Part shown: in pieces, positions 36,981-50,515 of the stretch
Numbering within the stretch: position 1 is the stretch's first letter
Layout: each line of letters starts with the position of its first letter
Source of the DNA: Hemiscyllium ocellatum
Lineage: Eukaryota
Direction of reading: 5' to 3'
DNA: 64,000 nt
NCBI RefSeq assembly: GCF_020745735.1
Contig: NC_083409.1
Location: forward strand, 14,975,873-15,039,872
Notes under the pieces: model-generated
Seen by the model: only the letters and a program-made list of their open reading frames with translations
Told to the model about the DNA's origin: nothing
The model's database searches: none
Position numbers and translations under genes: made by a program

Positions 36981-37600
36981 TAGAGTCAGAGGGATGGACA
37001 GCACAGAAACAGACCCTTTGGTCCAACTCGTCCATGCTGATCAGATATCCGAAATTAATCTAGTCCCATTGGCAGCATTTGGCCCATATCCCTCTAACAT
37101 CTTCCAATTTACATATCCATGCATTTTAAATGGTGTAATTGTACCAGCCTTCACCACCTCCTCTGGTAGCTCATTCCATACATTTAACACCCTCTGAATG
37201 AAAACGTTGTCCCTTAGGTCCCTTTTAAATCTTTCCCCTGTCACCTTCAGCCTATGCCCTCCAGTTCTGGACTCCCCCACTCTGGAGTAAAGATCTTCTC
37301 TAGTCACCTTATCTATGCTGCTCATGATTTTATAAACCTGGTACGGTCACCCATCAACCTGCAATGATCCAGGGAAAACAGCCCCAGCATATTCAGCCTC
37401 TCCCTTTCACGCAAACCCTCCAACCTCGGCAACATCCTTGTAAATTTTTTCTGGATCATTTTAAGGTTCACAACATTTTTCCTACAGCAAGGAGAACTGA
37501 ATTACACACAGTATTCCACAAGTGCCCTAACCAACGCCCTGTACAGCCGCAACAGCTCCCAACTCCAATACCCAATGCAGTGCCCATTAAAGGAAAGCAA
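36980..37600 (-). mobile_element. CR1 3' fragment
   Basis: TGGHRLKV, FIQRVLNVWNELP and ALVEYCV motifs. Confidence 0.8.
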
Positions 37601-38749
37601 ACCAAATGACTTTGTCACTCCCCTACCTTCCTGCAACTTCATCTTCAAGGAACTATTCTTCATGTTTTCGATGAACTGAGAGTCTTTCAGTTGTGAAAGA
37701 TGCCATTCCATGGCACTATTGGATGAACAGCAGGTAATTTCCCCCTGGTGTCCCTGGTCAATATTTATTCCCCAGTCAAAATCACTCAAAATGTATTTCT
37801 CTGCTAATTATCACATGGGGTTTGGGATCTCGCTGTGCACAGTCTGCTGGAAAGATCCAGTGGGACATCCTGAGTTGGGGAAAGGTGGTACACAAATGCA
37901 AGTCTTTCTTTAAGGGTTGGAGTCTCCTGATCTGGATCCTCATCCATTGTCTGCGCACTCTCACTTTCCAGGAGTCATGGGGTCATTAGGAGCAGTGACC
38001 CTGTCTGACCCTAGGACACTGAGACTCTTTGCAGCCTCACCCTTGAGCTCAGCCCAATAGTGTGCAGCAAGGTTTGAAATATAATCTAGAATCTTCTACA
38101 CAGACACACAATGTGACTCTTTCATGAAGTGTGTGGATTCGAGTCTGCTCCAATGTTCTTGGATAAAGTTCTCCTGATCTGTGGGTGATCGGAGGTTTGT
38201 TAAAGAGATATCGAGCTCCATCCCACTTTCCAGCTCTTGCTCCATAGCTCTGGAGGTTTTGCTGTTTGAAGTGAATATCCAAGTGTTTTTTTCAATATGA
38301 TGAGGGTTTCGGCCTCTCCCACCCTTTCAGACAGTGAGTCCCACATCCCACCAACCTATGGCTGAAAACAAATACCTTCAACTCCCCTATAATCCTGCCC
38401 CCAACTGATTTCAATCTCTCCCCATGGTTATTGCCCTCTGTGCTGGTGGAAATCAGTCCTTCCTACCCACTCTGTCCAGGCCCCTCATCATTTTACACAC
38501 CACCATCAAATCTCCCCTCAGCCTCCTCTGTTCCAACGAAAACATTCCCAACCAATCCAACCATTCCTTAAAGCTCAAAGTCCCCATTCCAGACAAACTC
38601 TTCCTCTGTCCTGGTCTCTCGAGAGATCACATCCTTCCTGTAATGTGGTGACCAGAACCATACACAGGTCTCTCACTGTGCTCTAACTGGGGTTTCATAC
38701 AGTTCCAGAATAAACAAACTCTTTGCTTTCACAGTCAACCAAAAATGAG

Positions 38750-39090
38750 ATAAGGGAGGTGATGGTCTAATGGTGTTATTGCTGAGCTGTTAATCCAGAG
38801 ATCCAGGTAATGTTCTGGGGACCAGGGTTAGAATCCAGCAGATGGTGGCATTCAAATTCAATCAAAAAACATCTGCAATTAAGAGACTAATGATGACCAT
38901 GAAACCATCGTTGATTGTCATGAAAAAGCATCTGATTTCCTTATGTCATTTAGGGAAGGAAACTGCCATCCCTACCATGTGACCCCAGACCCACAGCAAT
39001 GTGGGTGACTCTAAACTGCCCTTTGGGTGATTAGGGATGGGCAATAAATGCTGCCGATCCAGCAATGCCCTCATTCCATCAAGGGAAGAA
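38750..39090 (+). mobile_element. LF-SINE-like element
   Basis: tttagggaaggaaactgcc..catgtgaccccagacccacagcaatgtgg..gggcaataaatgc resembles the recalled LF-SINE consensus. Not database-checked. Confidence 0.5.
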
Positions 39091-40205
39091 GAAAAACAGT
39101 TTCTCCCATGTGTCTTCTGGAACCACCTCGCTGACCTGCATTCATTAATCACCATGGCCACATCTTCCAGCTCCACACACATCTGACTTCCAGCTTCAAA
39201 ATGATGAGAGACATCCCTTCATTATCTGAGAAACAGATAGAAACATCAAACACAGGAGCAGCAGTAGGCCATTCGGCCCTTCAAGCCTGCTCCACTATTC
39301 AGTATGATCATGGCTGATCATCCAACACAGATCCCTGTTCCTACTTTCTCCCCACATTCTTTGATCCCTTTAATCCTAAGTATATCTAATTCCTTCATAA
39401 ATACACATTGCATCTAATTCCCTTTTGCTGGAAAAATGGATGACAATTATTGGGTTGTTATTTTTTGACCAGTATGGACACAATGGGCTGATGGGCCTTT
39501 TGGGTCCCTATGACTCTATTGTGATATATTATGAATAACTGGGTACCAAGGGCTGACCCCTGTGGCACCCTAAGTTGTAATTACCTGCCATTCAGAAAAA
39601 GACTCATTCTTTCTGTGCTGCCTGCCAACCAGTTCCCAATCCAAGTCTGTACATGAACCCCAATCCTCTTGTTCATTTGGTCTAGATCTGGAAGTCCCAC
39701 CCTTACTCATTGTGGGAACAGATTCTGAACAGTCTGTCTCATCCTTCGAGGGCTCCCACTGCCCTGACACTGATTTCCCATCATGCCATTGGTTCCGATC
39801 CACTTTTACCAAAGCACCGCACAGTTTCATAAAATGAAAACTTTTACACTTGCTCCATGGTTCTCCATTTCCATCCCTACTCTCAATCTCACTGAGTTCT
39901 GATCACTGTCACTAAAATGCTCCCACATTGATAGCCCTTCCAGATGCCCACATTCATTCCATAACCGATGGTCCAAAACTGTCCCTTCTCTCTCTGCTGC
40001 TTCACCATCACCTTCTCAGGGGCAACTAGGGACGGTAATGAATGCTGGCCCTGCCAGTGACACTCAGATCCCAAGAAGCAATTTGAAAAGTGTCTGTTCT
40101 TTTGTTGACTACAAATGTTCAAAAAGATTGTATTGCCAGTGAATATTGTGAGGGTTGAATTCCCTTCAAATGGCAGGGATTAAAACTGTTTCTCTTGCCT
40201 TTCAG

Positions 40206-40534
40206 CCCGTGACAACTCTCAGCCCAAGCTGACCCTGCTGCCCCCCTCCCCGGAGCAGGTCAATGCCAAGGGCACTGCCACCCTGGTGTGCCTTGCCAAC
40301 CACTTCTATCCCGATGAGCTGGAGGTGCAGTGGAAGAAGGATGGTGCAGTCATTTCGGACGGGGTTCAGACCAGCAACTACCTGCGAGCTTCGGACAGCA
40401 CCTACAGTGTCAGCAGCCTGCTGACCCTCTCTGGGTCTGACTGGGAGTCCAACGCTCACTTCTCCTGTGCCCTCACCCACGTGACCCTCCCCTCTCCCCT
40501 CAGCAAGAGCATCAGGAGATCAGAATGTGTGTAG
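40206..40534 (+). CDS. IGKC: Ig kappa-type light chain constant exon (RDNSQPKLTLLPPS...ATLVCLANHFYP...W...FSCALTH...SECV*)
   Basis: Pyrimidine tract and ttcag acceptor at 40201-40205, phase matches the J donor. C1-set Cys/Trp/Cys and penultimate Cys present; TAG at 40532-40534. Spliced CDS is 49+330+329=708 nt, 235 aa. Confidence 0.96.
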
Positions 40535-41060
40535 AGAGTGTGAGACAGTCCACAGAGGAGACACAACTTTAAATAGAACAGGGCTGAGCTGGCAGGACAA
40601 AGGTCATTGTCAGCACTGAATTTCAACTCTCTTCCTTCTCAGGACTGCTCAGAGAACCTTCTGAGGTTTGGATGTAAAAGCAGGTCATTGCGACAGTGTC
40701 GAGGGAGCTTTACGCTGTGCCAAACCCCATGCTGTCCCTGTTCTGGGAGTGTTTGATGGGGACAGAGTTGACTTGTGATGCCAAGTAAAATCTCTTGAAG
40801 TTGCTGAAGACTGTCAGCTGTACAAAACAATGTGAACCTCAGAATTCTCTGCTTCAGTAAACCAGATCTCCTTCCTGCTCAGCCACCAGTTCCAATTTAA
40901 GGTTTTGTCACTGTTTAACGGGACAGGATTCTCATGTTATTGAGCAAACCTCCACAAGTGTTTTCCTCAAGCTCCATTGTGGCTGTGAATTTGAACAGCC
41001 TCCTCTGTCTGGGCTGTTAATTGCAGGTTTTTTTTCTGTCAATGTGAATATGGAAAAGGG

Positions 41061-41100
41061 AATAAAGATGAAGATTCAGTCTCTGTTTCTGTGTGCTTTG
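41061..41100 (+). terminator. Polyadenylation signal AATAAA (41061-41066) with downstream GU-rich element
   Basis: First AATAAA seen about 530 nt after the C stop, followed by gtctctgtttctgtgtgctttg. Conserved in the inverted paralog at 52134-52139. Confidence 0.75.
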
Positions 41101-41466
41101 GAAATAGATGACCTTCCCCGCCCCCCAGTTGATTGACCTGCTGAAATGCAGCCATTGTCAAGATTGGCTGGTTGGCCTGTCAATCAATTACAATCATTAA
41201 TCATTTCCAAATGATCCCTTTGGTCAGGAATTTATGCAGGTTACAAGATTCCAAAAAGAACAGAAACTGAAAGTTGTTAGGACTCAATAAGTACAATCTG
41301 AGGCATTCCCGTTTCACTCTGTTGGTCCAGGCCCGGCTGATGGGATCGCACTGTGCAATCTCTGCTGTCTGTTGGGTAGCAGCTGAAACAATCTTCGGCC
41401 AATCACTGACATTGTCAGCTGTGTCTCTCTGAGGTAAAAACAAGGACTGCAGATGCTGGAAACCTG

Positions 41467-41670
41467 ATTCTAGATTAGAGTGGTGCTGGAAAAGCACAGC
41501 AGTTCAGGCAGCATCTGAGGAACAGGAAAATTGACATTTCGGGCAAAAGCCCTTAATCAGGAATAGATCTCTATTCTTGATGAAGGGCTTTTGCCCGAAA
41601 CGTCGATTTTCCTGCTCCTCGGATGCTGCCTGAACTGCTGTGCTTTTCCAGCACCACTCTAATCGAGAAT
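41467..41670. repeat. 204-bp palindrome of head-to-head Penelope pLTRs
   Basis: About 100-bp imperfect arms around a 4-nt loop (41567-41570). Confidence 0.9.
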
Positions 41671-43306
41671 GTGTGCCTCTCTGAGTGCGAGTGTTTAACT
41701 TAATGCTGCTTGGAGGGGTCTCTCTCAGTGTGGATTTGTTACTCAGAGAGACACCTACAGGCAGCGTTCAGTAACGCACCCACATTCGGAGACACCTGTC
41801 TGCAGCATGGAGTGTGATCATGGTCCTCAGTGCTACCTGTCTCACAGAGTGAGTGTGTTACTCTGTGCTGCCTGTAGGTGTCTCTCTGAGGTATGTGTCT
41901 CCAAGCGATGGATTGAGAATGGGTTTTGTGCTGGGGATTGAAGATTAGGCTTTAATCTTCTCAAATCATGAATGGAAAACAGGTCTGCTGATTCAGTCTG
42001 AGATGGCAGCTCACTCAGATGGCCAAAGTTAAAAAATTCAACAACTCCAGGTGATAGTCAAACAGGTTTATTTGAAAGTAGAAGCATTCAGAGCACAGCT
42101 TCTTCATCAGGTAGCTGGAGGGGCAGGATCATTGGACACAGAATTTATTGTAAATTCAGATGGCAGCTGAGAAAGGTGAATACTGAGAGTGTATTCTCAG
42201 TAAGTGAGGGATTTCAGAGGCAGTGGGCACTGTGCTCCCTAATGCAGAAATGTCGATTTTCCTGCTCCTCAGATGCTGCCTGACCTGCTGTGCTTTTCCA
42301 GCACTACTCTAATCTAGACTGTGCTCCCTAATGTGTTGCCCAATTACAAGGGGACTTTCTGAATCCAGGGTCAATCGTGGCTGCCTGCCCAGCCAATGCT
42401 GGCTCCCCATAGTCATATTTCAGTGGTTAATTAACCCAAAACAAGGTGCAGCAATATTACCTTCCAGGGAGGGGAGCTGTCTGAGGGAGGGAGGTTGAAT
42501 TCTTGCAGCCCCAAGAGAGGTTGCGGTGGATTAATGACAGGTATGACCACCATGAAGGTGCCACCTTCTCTCCCCCTGCCCCAGCTGTGATGACCCTCAG
42601 GTTAAAAGTGTGACTGCTCTGGGATGATGACCACATTCCTGGGTGATGGAGGGAAGGTCAACTGCTCCCAAAGGCAGCACAGGCTGGATCGAAGGTGAAA
42701 CAAGAGTAAGCATGGGGAGATTGAGGGTGACAGAAGGAGGGGGTTGGTTGGCAGGTTGTTATTCAGAGTCAGGTCCCAGAGTATCAGTCCTTCTGACATG
42801 CCCCTTTCTATCTGTCAGCCAGGGTTCCCTGATTGGGCAAAGTTAACTGTCCCTGTCAGAGAACTCATATTTCATCAAAAAGAATAAACATTTATTGAAC
42901 AAGGAGCTCAAGAGCTAAATGACACGAGACAAAATGAATGGTTTGAAAGATTTCATTATGGACACCGCAAATGAGATTTGGTGAAGAACTTTTTCACTCA
43001 ATGTGTGGTGGGAATGTGGAATGGACTGTCATAAAATCCCTACAGTGAGGAAACAGGCCATTTGGAAGAGTAACCTACCCAAGACCCAATCCCCTATCTT
43101 ATTACTCTGCTTTTCCCCTGACGAATGAGCCTAACCAACACATCCCTGACCACTATGGGCAACTTAGCATGGCCAATTCACCTAACCTGCACGTCTTTAG
43201 ATTGTAGGATGAAACCAGAGCACCCAGAGGAAACCTACGCAGACAGTTGGAGAATGTGCAAACTCCACACAGACAGTTGCCTGAGGCTGGAATTGAAGCT
43301 GCGTCA

Positions 43307-46082
43307 AAACACCCAAGGAGAAAGTGAGGTCTGCAGATGCTGGAGATCAGAGCTGAAAATATGTTGCTGGAAAAGTGCAGCAGGTCAGGCAGCATCCAAG
43401 GAACAGGAGAATCGACGTTTCAGGCATAAGCCCTTCTTCAGGGCTTTCCTGAAGAAGGTCTTATGCCTGAAACGTCGATTCTCCTATTCCTTGGATGCTG
43501 CCTGACCTGCTGCGCTTTTCCAGCAACATATTTTCTGCTCAAAACACCTAAACCATCCTTGACTTCGCTCCAACCTCTGCCTCTACTTCTGGCCCCTCCC
43601 ACTCTGCAAACAAGACTGAGACTACATTTCCCAGAGTCACCCTGAGTCCAACTGCCTACCTGCAGCCAGCCAGCACACTCGCTCTCCCTCCTCACCCATC
43701 CACCCCCACAGTGCACCCTATCCTTCCACTTCTCCATCTTCACCTCATCCCCACCTTCCCACTCCCACACCTCACTCCATAACCCACCTCCACTCCAATC
43801 TCCTTTCTCTCCCACACCCATTCTCTCCCATTCCCATCAGCCTTTCCCCCTCCCCTCCTTCAGCCATCTCGGAGCCCCCTGAAAACCTCGTCCCCCACCC
43901 CGAGCCTTGCCCCTTATTTCCTATCCCCCCACGACCTCGAACTCTCTGAGTCCAAAAGGTCCATCCTGAGAAAAGGCCTCACATTCGTTCCCCACCTCAA
44001 AAAATCCCGCACCCACCAGGACGTGGAGCTCTTCTTCCGCCGCCTCTACCTCCATGTCTTCTTCTTTAACAAAAACTCCCAACCTCCCTCTGAGGACCCC
44101 TCCTCCCACCTTCAACCTTCCTCCTCCACTTGGTCACCGCCCCCCCCACCACCAGCTGTGTACATACCCTAGAGCTCTTCATTGCTGACCACTGATGTGA
44201 CATCAGCCGCCTCAATTTCTCCACCTCCCCTCACCCTCTCCAATCACCCCTCCTCCAAACATGCAGCACTCCACTCTCTTCGTACCAACCCCCGGTTCAC
44301 CATCAAACCCACTGACAAAGGCGGTAGTCTGGGGAACGGACGTCTATGTCGCAGAGGCCGAACCCCAACTCTCTGACACCACGTTCTACCTCCCCCTTGC
44401 CCATGACCCCACCGTGACCCATCAGGCCAAAATCACTCACACTGTCAGTGCCCCCATTGTCTCCAGTGATCTCCCCTGCACTGTCTCCAATCTCATAGTC
44501 CCCCAGCCCTGCACTCCCAGTTCTACCTGCTCCCCAAGATCCACAAACCCAACTACACTGGCCGACCCATCATCTCAACATGCTCCTGCCCCACCGAACT
44601 CCTCTCATCCTACCTCAACTCCATCCTCTCCTCCTCACCCTCAACAACTTTTCCTTTAACTCATCCCAGTTCCTCTAAATCCATGGGGTGGCTATGAGTA
44701 TGTGGATGGGCCCCAGCTCCCCCTGCCCCTTTATTGTCTATGCTGAACAGTCCCTCTTCAGTGCCTACACAGGCACTGTACCCCAGCTCTGCTACCATTA
44801 CATCGATGACTGCATTGGTGCAGTGACCTGCACCCAGGCTGAACTGGAGCAGTTCATCGTCTTCGCCCACAACTTCCACCCTACCCTCAAATTCACTTGG
44901 TCCACCTCGGACACCTCCCTCCCCTTTACTGACCTCTCCATTCCCATCTCCAGTGACCGTGTTCAGATAGACATTTACTGCAAACTCATTATTACCCGGA
45001 ATATACATTCTCCCACCCAGTATCCTGCAAGAACTCCATCCCATTCTTCCAATTCCTCCGCCTCTGCTCTATCTGCTCGGATGAGGAGACATTCCACTCC
45101 CAAGTATTCCAGATGTCCACCTATTTCGAACAACATGCTTTTGCTCCCTTTGTCATCCATTGCACAACCTCCATTTCCCGTTCCATTGCTCTAAACCCAC
45201 CCCCCTCCAAAGAGAATAAAGACAGAGTGCCCATTGTCCTCACCTGTCACCCAAACCAATTTCTGTATCCAACCCATCATCCTCTTCTGCCAACCCCAAA
45301 CCCCACCACCAAGAATGTCTTCCTCACTCTACCCCTGTCTGCCTTCCACAAGGACTGTTCCCTTTGACAATTCTTGGTTTGCACCACTCTCTCCACCATC
45401 TCTCCTGAACCCCTCGGTACCTTCCCCTGCAAACGGAAATGATGCAAAGCCTGCTGGTACACCAACCCCAGCACCTCCATCCAGGGCCCCAAACAGTCCT
45501 TCCAGGTGAGACAAACATTCACCTGCCTCTCCTCCAACCTAGTTTACTGCATCAGGTGCCTGCGATGTGGTCTTCTCTACATCGGGAAGACCAAACATAA
45601 ACTTAGGCAGTGGTTGGCTGTGCATCTCAGCTGGGCCTGTAGGGGTCGACCAGACCTCCCAGTCACCACCCATTTTAATTCCTCTTCCCACTCCCTTTCC
45701 ACCATGACCATCTTTGGCCTCCTCCATTACCACAATGAACCAAATTGCAAATTGGAGGAACAATACCTCATCTTCCGCCTGGGCAGTCTACAGGCCAGAG
45801 GATTCAACACTGAGTTCTCCAATTTCAAACACCCTCGCTTCCCATTCCCTGACTCCCTCCCCAACCCCTCCCATCTCTTCCACTCCTCTCTGCCACCAAA
45901 CAGATTCATTCCTTCCATTGATGAACCAGGTCGTGTCCTCTGCCTGTCTTCATCTATCCCCATTCTCCACCCTGGCCCCGCCACCCCTTTATCTGCAGCT
46001 CCGCCATTCCTGAAGAAGGGTTACACCCAAAACATCAACTTCTTCACCGCCTGATGCTGCCTGGCTTGCTGTGTTCCTCCAA
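43307..46082 (+). mobile_element. Decayed Penelope-like element (Neptune-type): inverted pLTR pair at the 5' end, RT, GIY-YIG endonuclease, 3' pLTR
   Basis: YIDD RT motif in ORF 44688-45194; LVYCIRC...LYIGKT in ORF 45506-46054; pLTR copies at about 43316-43535 and 46008-46082. Confidence 0.9.
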
Positions 46083-46880
46083 CCGCCTGCCTTTCATTGA
46101 ATGGAACCAACAGGAAAGGGCTGGACAATCAAGTGTCAGGGCCATCATGAAATGGGAATGGGACACACTATAGATAGATGCATTGAGTCAGTCGATCACA
46201 AAGAGGTGACCAAACTGAAAATGAAACACTCATACACAGTGGACGGAATTTAATATCAGAAAGTGTGAGACCATGCACTTTGTTCGGAATAATCGAAAGG
46301 CTGACTATTATTTAAATAGTGAGAGATTCCAACAAGGATTCCAATTGCATATTTCCTGTAGCAGCAGATCCATTGAAGATCACAGTTTCATTTGGAGTTT
46401 GCCCAAGTTTCTGTCCAGGCTGATGCAGCACGGTCTACCAGTGCTGCTCCTATTGGGCTAAACACACGAGGGAATCTGATGGGCACTTTCTCTTTGTGAT
46501 GACAAAGGGAGAGATTTGGTTTTAATGTGATGGTGGCCAGAGAAATTAGTCAGTGGATGTAGTTCCAGCTGAGCAGAATGTTCTGATGTTCATGATGGGA
46601 TTAACCTCAACAGTTCCCACTTGCCTTTACATCGACAGTGGGGCAGGAAGTCAGTACTGACACCATCTACGTGTTTCACAGAATGAACAAACAGCACACT
46701 GTGAAGACAAGCAAAAGTCCCATCAAAGTACTTTTCTTATCACAAGGGACATTTTCATTGTGGTGCCCTCAGTACCCTACTTCTAAAGCTGCACTGGCTC
46801 TCTATGGGTCTCTGCAGATTGAGCCTGTCAGCTCCAAGCAGAGTCCCACTTTACGTTTTACTGATCAGGGACAGTGAAGA

Positions 46881-46899
46881 AGCTGCCCTCTAGTGGCGA
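46881..46899 (-). promoter_or_regulatory. Strong CTCF consensus motif (minus strand TCGCCACTAGAGGGCAGCT)
   Basis: Matches the CCACYAGRGGGC core and lies in apparently non-repeat sequence. Confidence 0.6.
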
Positions 46900-49734
46900 G
46901 AGAGCGCTTGCCCTGCTGCTGAGGATTATGGGTAAAGTCCCCTTCCATTCGCGCCCACACAAACCAGCAGCCACTTCAGCTGCTTTATTGAAAACCACAA
47001 GCTTTCAAGGCGCTGTTCTTTCAACGGTGGAACTGGGCACACGATCAAATGAGTTAGGGGCAGAGGAAGGAGATTCATCCTCTTGAGCCTGCTCCCCATG
47101 GCTGACCTGATTATTCCACATTCTTGCCTTACTCTGATAGATTCTCGAAAACAATGGCTATCTACTTCTTCACTACAAGCATTCAGAGGTTTCATTTCTA
47201 TGTTTGATGTAGAGTTCCAAAGATCTATGACCTTATGAAAGAAAAAAAAACTGCTTATCTCGGTCTTCTATGAGGGAACTTGTTTTAATTTGATGTTCTC
47301 CCCGAAAAGGAAACATGCTTTTCACATCCACGCTGCATTCTATGTTCATGTTGATATGGAATCTGCTTTAATCAGCTGCTCTCTCGTGAGAACAGCAGCC
47401 TATCCTGCCACCTTCAGTGACTGATGCACGTAAACATCCAGGTCCTATAGCTCCTACACCCACCCATACTTGTACCCTTTAGTTTGTTTTGTCTCTCCAC
47501 GTTTTCTTTCCAAAATGAATCAGTGACATCTCTTTCCATTAAATTGTTTCTACAGCCATCTGCTCATTCCATTAACTTATCTACATCGTTTTTGAAGTTA
47601 GACACTATCTTCTTTATCAACCGTAATACATTCAAGTTTCATACCATCAGCAAAGTTTGAAGTTATGCCTTGTACACTCAGGTTAACATTGATTTAAATA
47701 TTTTAAATATTTTCTTTTTTAAAAATGAACTATCTGATAAACTATTGTAAATTAAACCTCAAATTTATTGCCCATCTCTAGTTACTCAGTTCTGAGCCAG
47801 ATTATGGGGACTTTAAGAATGAATCGCGTCACTGTGTGCGACTGGAGCCACAGACCGGGTGATAACTGGGTTCCCTTGTCCAAACTACATTCATGAACAT
47901 GACATTGAGTTTCATGGGGTTTTTTTTTGTTCAGATCCCAGCACCTTCCTTCCCAGATATTACATGGCTCACTACTGCCCTCTCCAGGACAATTAGGAAA
48001 GGGCAACAAATAGCAGCCACTTTTGTGCCCGCCCATCCCAGGAGAAATCAAAATAAATGAAATACTCTTCAAATGATCAAAGTGGTGAGGCTTGAATTCA
48101 TCTTTTTGGAATACTTGAGCCTAGGCTGGAAATAAGCCATGACGTGGGTGAACCTGGTTTGTCAGACTGAAAGGTGGAGTGTCCTTCAGATTGACACTGG
48201 GATCAGACACAAAATGAATTACACTCAAAGACCGAACACACAGCTATCAAAGTGGGTCACCAAACTGCAAAGAGCAGCAATTTATCTGGGAGACCTCAAC
48301 AGGTATCAGTGGGTGTAAGTGCATTCGGCAGGCAAGTGTCAGATATTGTTGAACACACCAGAAACACAGTCACACAGAAAGGGAAGCTATTGGGATAGAG
48401 CAGGGAAACGGGAATTACTGAATTTCTCCACTGAGAGCTGGAAGGGGTTTTCTCAGTTGCAACTCCTCTGAGAATGATAAAAGTTGAAGGGCCGTTTATA
48501 TTATAAACAACACTGCAGCACGCAAGAAAGGATGTGGAGTGACAGATCTCCTTTAAATTGGAAACAATATCAGAAATAAAGGTCAATGTGATTTTGGATT
48601 GAATATTGAGAGTGAGGAGATGGAGGGGAGAGTGACCATGGCAGCTGTCCTGAAGAATGGTTAGGTCATGGCTAGAATATGGTGCACAGTTAGGGGCTGC
48701 TTTGAGGGACAATACATTATGGGTAATGGACAGGGGATCAAGGGTCACAAGAGATGTGCAGGATAGCAAATGGAAAATGCATGGTTACAGGGATAAGGTA
48801 GGGGAGGTGTGGGTCTAGGTGGGATGGTCTTCAAGGGTCGGTACGAGCTTGGTGGGCTGTGTGGCCTGTTTCCACCCAGCAGGAATTCCTCAATTCTGTG
48901 ATTCTGTGAAGGCCAGAACATGATCTCGAAAGTGGAGGGAGGGAATTCTGATGTTCACAAATTTTTAAACAAATAAAGACAGTAACTGTAGATTTATCGT
49001 CAGTGCAGACAAACTGAAAGGCAAAATGACTTATTCTCCAGTCATATACCAGGTACAGAAAAGAGATCAGGAAAAATGTTTTGATGCAGTTATTGGAACT
49101 TAATGATGAATGATGATAAACAGAGTGCTCCATTCAAAAAAAGACAGAATTACTTTTTAGAATTTCAACAGACCTGAAGCAAAAGAGGAAATCAGGATCA
49201 AATAATCATTTGCGAATATAGTACTTGAGTGAGACAAGATCCTTCGTGTGAAAGCATTTCATTTTGCCTTGCTTTCTCTCCATGGATGCTGCCTGACCCG
49301 CTGGGATCTCCATTCTTTTGCTGCGCTATTTCTTACAAATTGTCTTGTTGTGTGCAAGACAAAAGCTTTAACAAAATGTCTCTTTTTTTTCAGCAACACT
49401 TGAATTTGGATCAGTTTGGAGAGAAAGCAGGGCCATGGAATCATCTTTCCCTGCAGGGAGGGAGGGAGTGTGTGTGGAATCTCCCATGGGCAGGGTTCTC
49501 CTGGCTGCCACCACATTAGGAAGGCTGGAGCTTGATGATCGAGCTGAATGGACAGGGCTCACTCTCACAGTCCTCAGGGCCATGGAGCCTCTTGTGATGG
49601 GAGCATCTGCTTGGTGTCGAGGGCAAGCAATGACATTGCAGTGGGATTGGAAATGGGACAACTTGACAATGGATGCTGCACAATGGCTGCACTGACTCTT
49701 CCTCTCTGCCTGATCCCTCCCCACACACAGGAGA

Positions 49735-50515
49735 AGTTGCATTAGGAACCTGTTCTAAAGGGCTACAACCCACTGCAGCACTCCCAATCTGCAAAGAGAA
49801 GAACATTTCTACAAAGACTTTGCAAAGAACGGATATTCCTGCAACTTCATCCACAGATGCCTAACAGACAAACAACGCGATGAGGACATGCCACAACCTA
49901 ACTCACTAGCCACGCTACCTTATATAAAAACATCACAGAACTGACAGCTAGACTTCTCCAACCACTCATAAACTGCCCAGAAACTGACAGCCACGCTCAG
50001 ACAACAACTCATGAGAACAAAAGGCCCAATACCCACTGTGTGAAAGACAGATGTAATTTACAAGAATCCATGCAACGTTTTGCACGAAACACCTCGGACA
50101 AACAGCCAGACAACTAGCCATCCACATCCATGAACACCAACGAGCCACTAAACCCCATGAGCAGCTGTCCTGAGTAGCTATACACACAGATGACAAGGAC
50201 CACAAATTCGATTGGGCCAACACTATGATCATAGGACAAGCTCAACAGAGGGTAGCCAGAGAATTTCTAGAGGCATGACACTTATCCATGGGCTCCATCA
50301 ATAAACATATTGACCTAGACCCAGTACACTGACCACTGCAACGAACATCAGGAACCAGTAACTGAAAACAGCAAGAATGGAACCAAATAAATTCCAGAAG
50401 ACACAGCACAACAGCGCTTCACAGGAAGCTCCAAAGCTCTGAAGATGTCACCGAGACAGGGGACAAAATGTCTACAAATCAACTTCCCAGTTCAGCGAGC
50501 ATACCCACAACTACA
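49735..50515 (+). mobile_element. Penelope-like 3' fragment (Poseidon-type GIY-YIG) with a degenerate hammerhead at 50439-50472
   Basis: Frameshifted DVIYKIPC / GQTARQLA..HEHQ / HKFDW..IIGQA..REFLEA-like coding sequence. Confidence 0.75.
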
